From the NCBI GenBank assembly GCA_963789955.1, contig CAWBMV010000013.1, positions 1-64,000 on the forward strand: DNA of 64,000 nucleotides, read 5' to 3'. Made by a program: the position numbers and the translations under genes. How positions within the stretch are numbered: position 1 is the first letter of the stretch; each line of letters opens with the position of its first letter. Positions 40,365 through 50,285 of this stretch are shown one piece after another. The DNA is from an uncultured Candidatus Rokubacteria bacterium. Its GTDB lineage: Bacteria; Methylomirabilota; Methylomirabilia; Rokubacteriales; CSP1-6. Under the pieces are notes generated by a model. It ran no database searches. It was given only the letters and a program-made list of their open reading frames with translations, and was not told the origin of the DNA.

Positions 40365-41102
40365 ATGAATACCACAGCCAACACCGACCGTATCGACACC
40401 TCGCGAGCCGCCCTGATCGTCTACGACGCCTGCCGCCGCGCCCTGACCCCGGCCGACCCCGCGCGCCGCGCGGCGATGCGGCCGGTGCTCGACTCGTGGA
40501 TCCTCCTGATCGGCGCCTGTCGAGCCCGGGACATGCCCATCATCTATACCACCCCGGTCAGCCGTGCCGACGGCGCCGACGTCGTGCTGCTGCCGACCGA
40601 TCTGAGCGTCGAGACGGGTGTGCCGTCGCTCACCAACTGCATCGAGGGCACGCCCGACGCCGACTTCCCTGACGAGATCGCGCCGCGACCTCAGGACTAT
40701 GTCTACCTCAAGCGTCGTCCGAGCGCGTTCTACGGCACCGGCGCGGCCGAGCTCCTGCGATTCCTCCACCGGACCGCGCTCGTCATCGGCGGAGGCGCGA
40801 CCAATCGAGGCGTCGAGACCAGCGTGCGCGAGGCCTTCAGCATGGACCTCGACACGGTCGTCGTGCGCGAGTGCTGCTGGGGCGGCGACGCGGCCGCTCA
40901 CGCGTACAGCCTCGACAAGTCGATGAAGATGTACGCCCGCGTTCGCACGCTCCAGCAGGCGCTAGCCATGCTCGGCGTGAGCCGCCGCGCCCCTGCTGGG
41001 CCAGCCACTCCGCCGCCGGCGGCACGTTGGGGTCGCGCGGGCGCAGGTTGTAGTACGCGACCAGGGGAAAGTACGCGTCGGCCAGGCGGCGGAGCTCGGT
41101 GA
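40365..41102 (+). CDS. Isochorismatase family cysteine-hydrolase-like protein; true end probably near 40980
   Basis: ALIVYD, KRRPSAFYGT, GATNRGVETSVREA. The tail overlaps the convergent gene. Confidence 0.8.
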   Translation: MNTTANTDRIDTSRAALIVYDACRRALTPADPARRAAMRPVLDSWILLIGACRARDMPIIYTTPVSRADGADVVLLPTDLSVETGVPSLTNCIEGTPDADFPDEIAPRPQDYVYLKRRPSAFYGTGAAELLRFLHRTALVIGGGATNRGVETSVREAFSMDLDTVVVRECCWGGDAAAHAYSLDKSMKMYARVRTLQQALAMLGVSRRAPAGPATPPPAARWGRAGAGCSTRPGESTRRPGGGAR

Positions 41103-41664
41103 CCGGCGTCGCGTGCAGATCGACGCGCAGGTCGACCAGTGGGTACGTGTCGCGGTCGACGACATAGAGCCCGCTCGACGTCTCGCCGTCGGGCTGGCCG
41201 CCGGCGGCCTTGCCTGCCTCGAGCGAGCGCAGGAGCCGCTCCCACAGCGGGAGATCGGCGCCACGCTTGAACGCGTCGAACATCGAGTCGGCGACCTCGG
41301 CGCCCACGACCGCGTTGGTGGCCACGACCACGTTCCGCTCGACACGGTGTCCCGCCCACGGCTTGTTCCCTGCACCGGTGCGGGCGGCGCCCAGGCCCGT
41401 CACGTCGAGACAGCCGAGCTGGCGCCGCTCGACGAACTGATCGCTCGCGGCGATCTCGTCGAGCGCGCGCGGGGCCGAGTACCCGGCGCGCAGGAGATTC
41501 AGGCCGAGATGGCCGAGGCGCGGATTGCTGCTGGCCTGGCTGACGATCGCGCCGACACCCGGGGCCACGTGGATGCACCGCGAGCCGACCGCCATCTCGC
41601 TGGTCGAGATCGCGATGCCGAACATGCCGGTGCGCTCGCAGCGGCCGATGAGCGAGAAGGTCAT
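40837..41664 (-). CDS. DUF1028 family (Ntn-hydrolase-like) protein; true end probably near 40980
   Basis: MTFSLIGRCERTGMFGIAIS, RRQLG, LEAGKAAGG, DLRVDLH. Confidence 0.85.
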   Translation of the reverse strand: MTFSLIGRCERTGMFGIAISTSEMAVGSRCIHVAPGVGAIVSQASSNPRLGHLGLNLLRAGYSAPRALDEIAASDQFVERRQLGCLDVTGLGAARTGAGNKPWAGHRVERNVVVATNAVVGAEVADSMFDAFKRGADLPLWERLLRSLEAGKAAGGQPDGETSSGLYVVDRDTYPLVDLRVDLHATPVTELRRLADAYFPLVAYYNLRPRDPNVPPAAEWLAQQGRGGSRRAWLAPAGACERGRTSSSTCRGCTRERPRRRPSSTRARRPCRGPC

Positions 41665-41668
41665 CGGC

Positions 41669-42698
41669 TCAGCTCAGGCGCCGTCGCAGGTACTCCGCGA
41701 CCTCGAGCGTGGCGGCCATGCCTTGCGGGATCGCCTTGGTCAGCGAGACGAACGCGTGGATCTGACCGGGATACTCGCGATACACGACGTCCACGCCGGC
41801 CTCGCGGAGCCGATCGCCGTACGCGCGGCCCTCGTCGCGCAGCGGATCGAAGCCGGCGGTGACGATCAGCGCCGGCGGCTGCCCCTTGAGGCTCGACGCG
41901 CGCAGCGGCGAGGCGCGCAGATCCGTCTTGTCCGCGTCGTTGCGCAGATACTGCTGCATGTACCAGAGCACGCGCTCGCGCGGGATCACGTGGCCCTCCA
42001 CCATCTCGCGGTGCGACTCGGTATCCAGCGAGAAGTCGACCGCCGGATAGATGAGAACCTGGCACGTCGGCACCGGCGAGCCCTCGGACGCGGCGAGCTG
42101 CGAGACCGTCGGCCGAGAGATTGCCGCCCGCCGAGTCTCCGGCCACCGCGACGCGCGCGGGGTCGGCGCCGACGTCACGCCCCTTCGCGCGAGCCCAGCG
42201 ATACGCGGCCAGACAGTCGTCGACCGCCGCCGGGAACTTGTGCTCGGGCGCCAGCCGATAGTCGACGGCCACGACGAGCACGCCCGCGTGCTTGGCCAGG
42301 CGCGCGCAGAGCCCGTGATGCGTCTCGAGATCGCCCTGCACCCAGCCGCCGCCGTGGAAGTAGACGACCGCCGGCAGCGGCGTCGTCGCGGCGCTCGCCG
42401 AGTAGACGCGGGCGGGAATCTCGCCGGCGGGTCCGGGGATGCGGATGTCCTCGATTCGCGCCAGCGCCGGCGCGGGCTCGTCCATCAAGGACACCATGAC
42501 GCGCAGCTGCTGGCGCAGCTCGGGCAGCGGCGGATAGTAGCCGGGCACGCGAATCGATTTGACGAACTCGCCGACGATCTGGGCCTTCGGGTCCATCGTG
42601 CGGTCGCCCATCGTGATGCGGTGACCGTCGAGGAGGCGCAGCGCGTCCTCTTCGCTCATCGCCGTGTGGGACAGGTCCAGGGTCGGGTGCGTGCTCAT
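41669..42698 (-). CDS. HSL-family alpha/beta hydrolase (esterase); one frameshift near 42110
   Basis: YFHGGGW, DYRLAPEH, GDSAGG, FDPLRDEG, HAF. Confidence 0.9.
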
Positions 42699-42711
42699 CG
42701 AGCGCCTCCTC

Positions 42712-43734
42712 TCAGGCGAACCACATGTCGGGCAAGGTGAAGCCGTGCCGGAACGGATCCGACGGATCGGAGCCGTGCTGAAACACGCCGGTGATCCACG
42801 CCTGGCCGGCGATGGTGGGAACGATGGCCGGGCGGCCGGCGACCGTGACCTCGGCGGCGATCGTGGATTCGAACCGAGAGCCGATGATCGACTCGTGCAC
42901 GAATCCCTGCCCCGCCGCGAGCTGGCCGCGCGCGTGCAGGACGGCCAGGCGCGCCGACGTCCCGGTGCCGCAGGGGCTTCGATCGATGCGGCCCGGCGCG
43001 ACGACCACGGCGTTACGGCTCACCGTGCCCGGCCCGGCGAACGGCATCGTGAACTCGGCGAACGTGACGTCGTGGATGTCCGCGTTCTCCGGATGTCGCA
43101 CGGGGAGCTGCTGCTTCGCGGCCGCCACGATCCGGTTGCCGAGCATGACGAGCTCGCGCGCCTCCTTCGGCTCGACCGAGAAGCCGAGCGACGGCGCGTC
43201 GACGATCGCGAAGAAGGCGCCGCCGTACGCCACGTCGACGGCAATCACGCCGAGGCCCTCGACGTCGAGCTTGGCGCCCAGATGTGTCGCGAAGCACGGG
43301 ACGTTCGTGAACTGAACGCGCTCCACCTTGCCGTCGCGGCAGCGCGCCTCGACCGGCACCGGCCCCGCGGGCGTGTCCAGGGTGAGCGTGGTCACGGGCT
43401 CCCGCATCGGCAGCATGCCCGTCTCCAGCAGCACGGTCACGGTGCAGATCGTGTTCGATCCGGACATCGGCGGGTAGTCGGTCGACTCCATGATGATCAG
43501 GCCGACGTCGCAGTCGGGCCGGGTCGGCGGCGTCACCAGATTGATGCACAGCGCGGGCTTGCCGCGCGGCTCGAGCAGAAGCCAGCGGCGCAGCTCGTCC
43601 GCCTGGGTCTCGAGGTAGCGCTTCTTCTCGAACATCGTGGCGCCGGGCGGGGGCAGCACGCCGCCGACGATGACGTGATTGTCCTCACCGCCGACGTGGC
43701 AGCCGATCACGGTGACCGTGCGCTCCCACTTCAC
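42712..43734 (-). CDS. Proline racemase family protein (Ser/Cys variant)
   Basis: HVGGE, EPRG, PMSGSNTIC, DVAYGG, DRSPCGTGTSAR. Confidence 0.92.
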   Translation of the reverse strand: MKWERTVTVIGCHVGGEDNHVIVGGVLPPPGATMFEKKRYLETQADELRRWLLLEPRGKPALCINLVTPPTRPDCDVGLIIMESTDYPPMSGSNTICTVTVLLETGMLPMREPVTTLTLDTPAGPVPVEARCRDGKVERVQFTNVPCFATHLGAKLDVEGLGVIAVDVAYGGAFFAIVDAPSLGFSVEPKEARELVMLGNRIVAAAKQQLPVRHPENADIHDVTFAEFTMPFAGPGTVSRNAVVVAPGRIDRSPCGTGTSARLAVLHARGQLAAGQGFVHESIIGSRFESTIAAEVTVAGRPAIVPTIAGQAWITGVFQHGSDPSDPFRHGFTLPDMWFA

Positions 43735-43760
43735 GAGCGGATGGTACCATTCCCACTCCA

Positions 43761-46023
43761 GTGAAGTTCATCGGCGTCCCGATCAAGCGACTCGAAGATC
43801 CGCGCCTGCTCGTCGGCGGCGGGCGCTACGTCGACGACCTGGTCCGACCCGGCATGGCGCACGCGGTGGTCGTGCGCAGCCCTCACGCGCATGCCCGGGT
43901 GCTCCGGATCGACGGCCGGCGCGCCCTCGCTCGGCCGGGTGTGCTCGGCTTCGTCACGGCGGCCGATCTCACCGGCGTGCCGGTGATTCCACTGCGGCAG
44001 CCCGGCAAGCCGACGCACAGCGCCTACCTTCAGCCGCCGCTGGCCGGCGATACCGTCCGCTACGTCGGTCAGCCCGTCGCGGTCGTCGTCGCGACCGATC
44101 GCGCCGCCGCGGTCGATGCGCGCGATCTGGTCGACGTCGAGTACGACGTCTTGCCCGCGCGCATCGAGCTCGGCGACGCGGCTCCGTCGCGCTCTTTGCC
44201 CAGGGCAACGTGGCCGACTCGTGGACCACGACGCTCGGCGACGTCGACGCCGCGCTGCCGGGCGCGGCCTTCGTCGTGAGCGAGCAGTTTTCCGTCGGGC
44301 GTCAGACCGCGGCGCCGATGGAGACGCGCGGCCTGCTCGCCGAATGGGACGCTGGCGCCGAGCGGCTGACGGTGTGGGGCGAAACGAAAGTCCCCTACTT
44401 CAACCGCCGCACGCTCGGCGAGCATGCTGGGGCTCGACGAGGCGCGGATCGACTTCGCGGAGGCGGACGTCGGCGGCGGCTTCGGCGCGCGCGGGGAGTT
44501 CTATCCCGAAGACTTCCTGATCCCCTACCTGGCCCGGCGCCTGGGGCGCCCGGTGAAGTGGGTCGAGGATCGCCGCGAGCACTTTCTCACGATCAATCAC
44601 TCGCGCGAGCAGCAGTGGTCGGTCGTGGCCGCCGCCGACGAGCGCGGACGACTGCTGGCGCTCGACGCCTCGTTCGTCAACGTCATGGGCGGCTATCTGC
44701 GCACGCACGGGATCTGGGCGGCCTCGCTCACCGCGTCGTATCTGCCCGGCCCGTACCAGTGGCCGAACTACCGCTGTCGCGTCTCCTGCGTCATGACCAC
44801 CAAGACGCCGACCGGCACGGTGCGGGCGCCGGGCTTCTACGAGGGCGCGTTCGTGCGCGAGCGGATCCTCGACGTGCTCGCCGCCCGGGCCGGGCTCGAT
44901 CCCGCCGAGATCCGTCGCCGCAATCTCGCGCGACCGGACGACCAGCCGTACACGGTCAACACGGTCGCCGGCGCAGTCATGGGGCGAAACGCCGACTTCG
45001 CGGACGAGGACTTCGGCGTGATGTTCGAGCACGCGCTGAAGGCCGGCCGGTACGAGGCGCGCGCTGGCCGAGTGCCGCGAGCGCAACGCCGCCGGGGGTG
45101 ACGTGCGCTACGGCGTCGGACTCGCGGCCGTGGTGGAGACCTCGGGCACCGGGCCGTTCGAGAGCGCGAAGGTCATCCTGACCTCCGAGGGGCGCATCGA
45201 CCGTCGCGGCCGGCGCCACCTCGCTCGGTCAGGGGCTTCCGACGACACTCGCGCAGGTCTGTGCCGAGGTGCTTCAAGTGCCGCCGGCGCAGATCACCGT
45301 GCACCTCGGCGACACGCGCTGGATGCCGAACGGCGTCGGCAGCTCCGCGAGCCGCTCGGCCGTGATGGCGGGCTCCGCCGTGCACCACGCGTCGACGCGC
45401 CTGCGCGAGCAGATCGTGGCGATCGCGGCCGCGCGCTTCGAGGCCAGCCCGGCCGACATCGAGCTGGCCGACGGCGCCGCGTTCGTGCGCGGGGTCCCCG
45501 ATCGGCGCTGCTCGCTGCGCGAGATCGCCGCGCTCGCCGCGAGCCCGCTCGAATCCGAGTGGCGCCACGAAGCCACCCGCGCGATCGGCTCGTTCGGCTT
45601 CCACCTGTCCGTCGTCGGTGTCGACGTGACGACCGGCGAGGTCCATCCCGAGACGCATTTCGTCCTGTGCGACGTGGGGCGCGCGCTCAACCCGGCCATC
45701 GTCGAGGGCCAGCTGGTCGGCGCCGTGGTCCAGGGCATCGGCCACGCGACGATGGAGGAGCTCGTCTACGACTCGAGCGGCCAGCTCCTGACCGGCACCT
45801 TCATGGACTACGCGATGCCGACCGCGGCCCGGGTGCCGGCGGTCGAGCTGCTCGATCCACGAGTCCGCCGCGGCGTCGCAATCCGCTCGGCGTGAAGGGC
45901 GCCGGCGAGGCCGGCACGTCGGGCGTCGGCGCGGCGGTCGCGAACGCGGTGGCCGCCGCGGTCGGCAACGCCGCCGCGCGCCACGTGCCCGTGACCGCGC
46001 CGAGGGTCAAGGCCGCGCTCTGA
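43761..46023 (+). CDS. Xanthine dehydrogenase/CoxL-family molybdopterin-binding subunit; several frameshifts
   Basis: RLEDPRLL, RSPHAHAR, PMETRG, DVGGGFG, VKWVEDRRE, SLGQG, ASRS, NPAIVEGQ, GVKGAGE. Confidence 0.88.
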
Positions 46024-46032
46024 GTCCTGCTC

Positions 46033-46917
46033 GTGTCGCGCCGTCCACCTGCTTCTCGTGGCGCTCGTGCTCGTCGCGTGCTCGGTCGCGATCGAGCCCG
46101 TCGAACCGATCGACGCGTCGCTGCGCGAGGAGCTCCACCGCGTGGCCGTGCCGGCGACGGACGCGAGCATCGTGGTCACCAGCTTTCGTCCGCGCGCCGC
46201 GGGACCGTTGCCGTGGATCGTCATGAGCCACGGCACCGCCACCGACGCCCGAGGCCAATCGAACGATCGGCCGCGTACCGGTCTCTGAACCCGATACGCG
46301 AGTGGGTTCGTCGCGGCTATGCGGTGATCGTGCCGGTGCGACGCGGCTACGGCGCGAGCGGCGGCGCACAAGTTCGGCGACTCGTACGGCAGCTGCAGCC
46401 GACCGGACTTCCGTCGCGCCGGCGAAGGCGCCGCGGCGGACATTCTCGCCGACCGTCCAGTGGGCCAAGACGCAGAGTGACTCTCGACCCGAAGCGCTGG
46501 CTGCTGGTGGGACAGAGCTCCGGCGGGTTCGCCTCGATCTACACGGCGTCGAAGCGCCCCGACGGGCTCGTGGCGGTGCTCGCGTTCGCGCCCGGACGCG
46601 GCGGACGGCCAGACACGCACCCGGGACTACCCTGCGCGCCGGATCCGCTGGCCAAGCTGTTCGCGTCGATCGCGCCGCAGATCGCCGTGCCGGTGCTGTG
46701 GTTCTACGCCGAGAACGACCAGTACATCGGACCGGCCGCGGCAAAGCTCTGGTTCGAGAGCTTCCACGCGGCCGGCGGGCGCGGTGACTTCGTCATGATT
46801 CCGCCGTTTCCCGACAGACGCGGTCATGGCGTCTATCCGTCAGCCGCCGGCACGCCGCTCTGGACCGCGGCCGTGGCGACGTTCTTCCACGCGCACCAGA
46901 TCGCGCTGCCGTTCTAG
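46033..46917 (+). CDS. Dienelactone-hydrolase-like alpha/beta hydrolase, putative lipoprotein; frameshifted
   Basis: LVAC lipobox, SHG, RRGYGASGG, GQSSGG nucleophile elbow, YAENDQY, GH. Confidence 0.78.
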   Translation: MSRRPPASRGARARRVLGRDRARRTDRRVAARGAPPRGRAGDGREHRGHQLSSARRGTVAVDRHEPRHRHRRPRPIERSAAYRSLNPIREWVRRGYAVIVPVRRGYGASGGAQVRRLVRQLQPTGLPSRRRRRRGGHSRRPSSGPRRRVTLDPKRWLLVGQSSGGFASIYTASKRPDGLVAVLAFAPGRGGRPDTHPGLPCAPDPLAKLFASIAPQIAVPVLWFYAENDQYIGPAAAKLWFESFHAAGGRGDFVMIPPFPDRRGHGVYPSAAGTPLWTAAVATFFHAHQIALPF

Positions 46918-47982
46918 ACGCTCATCGCCTCGGCCGCCGCGCGCGCGATGCCGACCGCCTCGGCAGCGGCCAGGATCTCGCCCCATGTCGTCGCGTCGAC
47001 CTCGATGCCCGTGCGGCCGCGCTCGGCCTGCGCGAGACGCTCCGGCTCTCCGGGAACGAGGACCGGCAGCTTGGGATCGGCCGGCGGTGAAGCCTTCACG
47101 TAGTCGATGAAGCCGTCGATCTCTCGCTTGAGCCAGTCGACGCCGGCGAGCCGCGCCGGATCGACGAGCATCGTGAACATGTTGTTGACGACGCCGCCCA
47201 TGCGCTGGTTGCCCGGCTGGATGCTCGGGCCTCCGGTAAGCGCGGTGGCGAGCAGTTCGGTGACCACCGCGAGCGCATAGCCCTTGTGACCACCGAACGG
47301 GAGCAGGGCGCCGTTCGGCTCGCTGTACATCACGTTCGGATCCCGCGTCGGCCGGCCTTTGGAGTCGATGAGCGCGCCTTCGGGCGCGGGCTTGCCCTCG
47401 TTCTTCGCGACGCGGATCTTGCCCATCGCCACCTGGCTCGTGGCCATGTCGAGCAGCAGCGGCGCGTGACGCTCGGTGCCGGGCACCGCGATGCAGACGG
47501 GATTCGTCACGAACCGGGCGTCGGTGCCTCGAAACGGCGCGACCGTCGCGCGATGGTCCGTGACGTTGACGAAGTGCAGCGAGACGAGCCCGGCGCCGGT
47601 CGCGAGCTCGCCGTAGGCGCCGACCCGCCCGATGTGATGCGCGTTGGCCAGGGTCATCGCGACGACGCCGGTCTCGCGGCAGCGCGCGATCGCCGCGTCC
47701 ATCGCCTCGCCCGCGACCGGGCGGCCGTACCCGCGCCCGCCGTCGAACATCAGCATCGCCCCGTCGTCCTTCACGAGCTTCGCCCGTGTGTTCGGCACCA
47801 CGAGCCCGGCCTTCAGGTGCCGGATGTACGTCGGGATCATGCCCGACACCGTGGCTGTCGTGGCCCATCAGGTTGGCGCGTACCAGATGCTCGGCGACAA
47901 GGTCCGCTTCGGAGGCGGCGCTTCCGCCCGCTTTCACGATCGCGCTGGTCAAACGTCGCAGGTTATCGGCAGTCGCACGCAC
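46914..47982 (-). CDS. Ldh_2 family (malate/L-lactate/ureidoglycolate) dehydrogenase; frameshift near 47850
   Basis: ANLMGHDSHGV, HHIGRVG, TNP, LDMATS, FGGHKGYAL, VPGEPE. GGGAGG RBS. Confidence 0.9.
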
Positions 47983-47996
47983 GTGCGATTCCTCCC

Positions 47997-50165
47997 TTAG
48001 TGAGCGAGTGGATCCGGGCGCAGCTGGAAGTGGACGGCGATCGGCTTCTTGCCCTTGCCGCCTTCCATGAGCCACGGCGCCCGATCGCCGCTGGTCGTCC
48101 ACAACCCGCGGCCCTTCCAGCCGGCCGCCGGATCGTCGATGCGCCCGTCGAATCCCTTGGCGTAGAACCCCAGCGGATACGGCACGCGCAGGACGATCAT
48201 CTTGCCGTCCTTGAGCGCGATCAGGCCGTCGTTGAGGTTGCCGGTCGACATCGGCACGTCCTCGCCGAGCCCGAACGTGTTGTGCTGATCGACCCACGTG
48301 TAGTAGGTCGACTCGGCGCTGTTCTCACCGATCCCCTGGAAGCCGGGGCCCGGATACTGATAGAACGTCCAGCCCTCGGGACAGTGGTCGCCGGTGGCCT
48401 TCGGTCCGTTGAGCGGCCCCTTGCACTTGCGCCGATCAAAGCTGCCGATGTGGCCGCTGCCCATCGACGCCCACACCACGCCCTGCTTGTCGATGTCAGC
48501 GCCGCGAATCCCGAAGTAGGGCTTCGGCACGTTGTAGATCTCGGCGAGCGCCGTCGCGGGCGGGTTCGGCCCGGGCGCAACTCTCACGACCGCCGCGGTG
48601 CCGCCGAAGACTCCGACCGAGCCCCAGATCGAGCCGTCGACCGGGCTCGGCATCACGGCGTAGAAGCCGCCGGCGATCCGTTTGTCCTTGGTCGGATCGA
48701 CCGGCTGATCGGGCTCGACGTAGTCGTCCCGCTTGCCGTTGCCGTTCGTATCCAGGACGAACGCCGTCCAGCCCTGCGACCGAGCCGCGTCACCCGTCTC
48801 GTCGAACATCTTCGTGTTGACCCAGCCGACCACCGGCCCGCCGCCGCTGGTCCACACGGTCTCGTTGGCGTCGTAGCCGAACTGCAGATGATGCGTCTGG
48901 AAGCACGTATCGACGAACGTGTACTTCATCGTCTTCGGATCGAGGAACGTGAGTCCGCGGTTCGTGCGCTCGAGCGGGAACAGCTTGGCCGAAGGTTGGT
49001 CCGAGCCCTTCTGGCAGAAATCGGGGTTCTTCGGCCCGCGCACGACCGCCGCGAACCAGACGCGGCCTTTGCGATCGAACATACCGTTGTGATTGTTGGC
49101 CTTGGTGTCCCAGAGCTTCTCTTCGCCCCAGTACGCCGACGGCGCCATCGGCTTTTCGATCGCGGCGTGCCCCGGCCCGAGCGCTTCCGGCGTATCGGCG
49201 TCGCGCACCGGCGCCCTGAAGGTCGTGACGGTATTCGTCCTCGGATCGAGGATCGGATAGTCGTCGGTCGCGTATTCGGGCGAGCCGTAGAGCTTGCCGT
49301 AGGCGTTGACCGTCGGATAGCGGCGGTCCGACGCGATCAGGTCGTGCAGATACTTCTTCGGATCGCCCCACTCCCACGTCGTCACGACGATGTTGCGCTC
49401 GACGCCCTGCGGCCGCGGCGGCTTGCTGTGCGGCAGCTCGCCCTTGGCGACACGATCGGTCCAGTCACCGAAGTATTTGAACGGCACGCTGCCGAGCGCT
49501 TGCGTGAGTGGGGTCAGCATGAAGGGCGCCGCCTGCCCCGACTGCACGCGTCGAATCCACGCCGATTGTCCGGAGTCGAACCGTCCGAACGCGGCCGGGA
49601 TCGTACGGGTCGAGAGCTGACCGAGCTGATGACAGCCCACGCAGGCTCGGTTCTTCACGATCGTGAGCCACTCGCTCTGCGTGATTCTCGCGGGAATGTC
49701 GCTCGTGCCGCCGAACTGATCGGCGGCGGGGATCTTGAGCATCGAGTACCAGTAGATCGCCGGGTAGTACTGAGCCGCCGCCGCCTCGTTCGGCGCCGGC
49801 ACCGCGGTGAGGTTCAGCAGCTTGCCCGGCTCGGCGTCGACCTTCGCCGAATCGATCAGGCCGTAGCCGCGGACCCACACCTTGTACTTGGCCTTCGGGA
49901 GACCGGGCACCAGGTAGCGTCCCTGGTGGTCCGTCACGACGATGCGCGCGAACCTGGTCGGCAGGTCGAGCGTCTCGGCGATGACCCAGACGCCGGCCTC
50001 GGGCCCGGCCGGCCCGGTGACCACGCCCCCGATGTCGTCGCCGTCGATGGGAACCGCGCCGGCGGCCGGTTGCTGGGCGCCGAGGTTCACCATCGAGCCC
50101 GCACCGAGCACCGCGATCGCGACTGCCACCACTGCCAGCCACAGCACTTTCTTCGTCGTCGTCAT
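47997..50165 (-). CDS. Secreted protein: carboxypeptidase-regulatory-like domain + single c-type heme motif + probable beta-propeller
   Basis: Signal peptide, GPEAGVWVIAET, CVGCH, Trp/Gly-rich repeats (GRVWF, GSIWG, GVVWA). Confidence 0.78.
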   Translation of the reverse strand: MTTTKKVLWLAVVAVAIAVLGAGSMVNLGAQQPAAGAVPIDGDDIGGVVTGPAGPEAGVWVIAETLDLPTRFARIVVTDHQGRYLVPGLPKAKYKVWVRGYGLIDSAKVDAEPGKLLNLTAVPAPNEAAAAQYYPAIYWYSMLKIPAADQFGGTSDIPARITQSEWLTIVKNRACVGCHQLGQLSTRTIPAAFGRFDSGQSAWIRRVQSGQAAPFMLTPLTQALGSVPFKYFGDWTDRVAKGELPHSKPPRPQGVERNIVVTTWEWGDPKKYLHDLIASDRRYPTVNAYGKLYGSPEYATDDYPILDPRTNTVTTFRAPVRDADTPEALGPGHAAIEKPMAPSAYWGEEKLWDTKANNHNGMFDRKGRVWFAAVVRGPKNPDFCQKGSDQPSAKLFPLERTNRGLTFLDPKTMKYTFVDTCFQTHHLQFGYDANETVWTSGGGPVVGWVNTKMFDETGDAARSQGWTAFVLDTNGNGKRDDYVEPDQPVDPTKDKRIAGGFYAVMPSPVDGSIWGSVGVFGGTAAVVRVAPGPNPPATALAEIYNVPKPYFGIRGADIDKQGVVWASMGSGHIGSFDRRKCKGPLNGPKATGDHCPEGWTFYQYPGPGFQGIGENSAESTYYTWVDQHNTFGLGEDVPMSTGNLNDGLIALKDGKMIVLRVPYPLGFYAKGFDGRIDDPAAGWKGRGLWTTSGDRAPWLMEGGKGKKPIAVHFQLRPDPLAH

Positions 50166-50285
50166 GGTGCCACTCCCTTCATCCCGTCCACGACTTCTCC
50201 GCCGCGCGCCAGGATGATACCTCGGGACCCGCGGGCGCGTGATGGCGGTTGCGCCGAGCGCCACCGCCGCTTAGAGTGCGAGCAA

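Noticed and set aside
43761..46023. Form I CO dehydrogenase coxL
   Set aside because: The active-site loop reads TVRAPG rather than AYxCSFR, and no coxM or coxS is adjacent.
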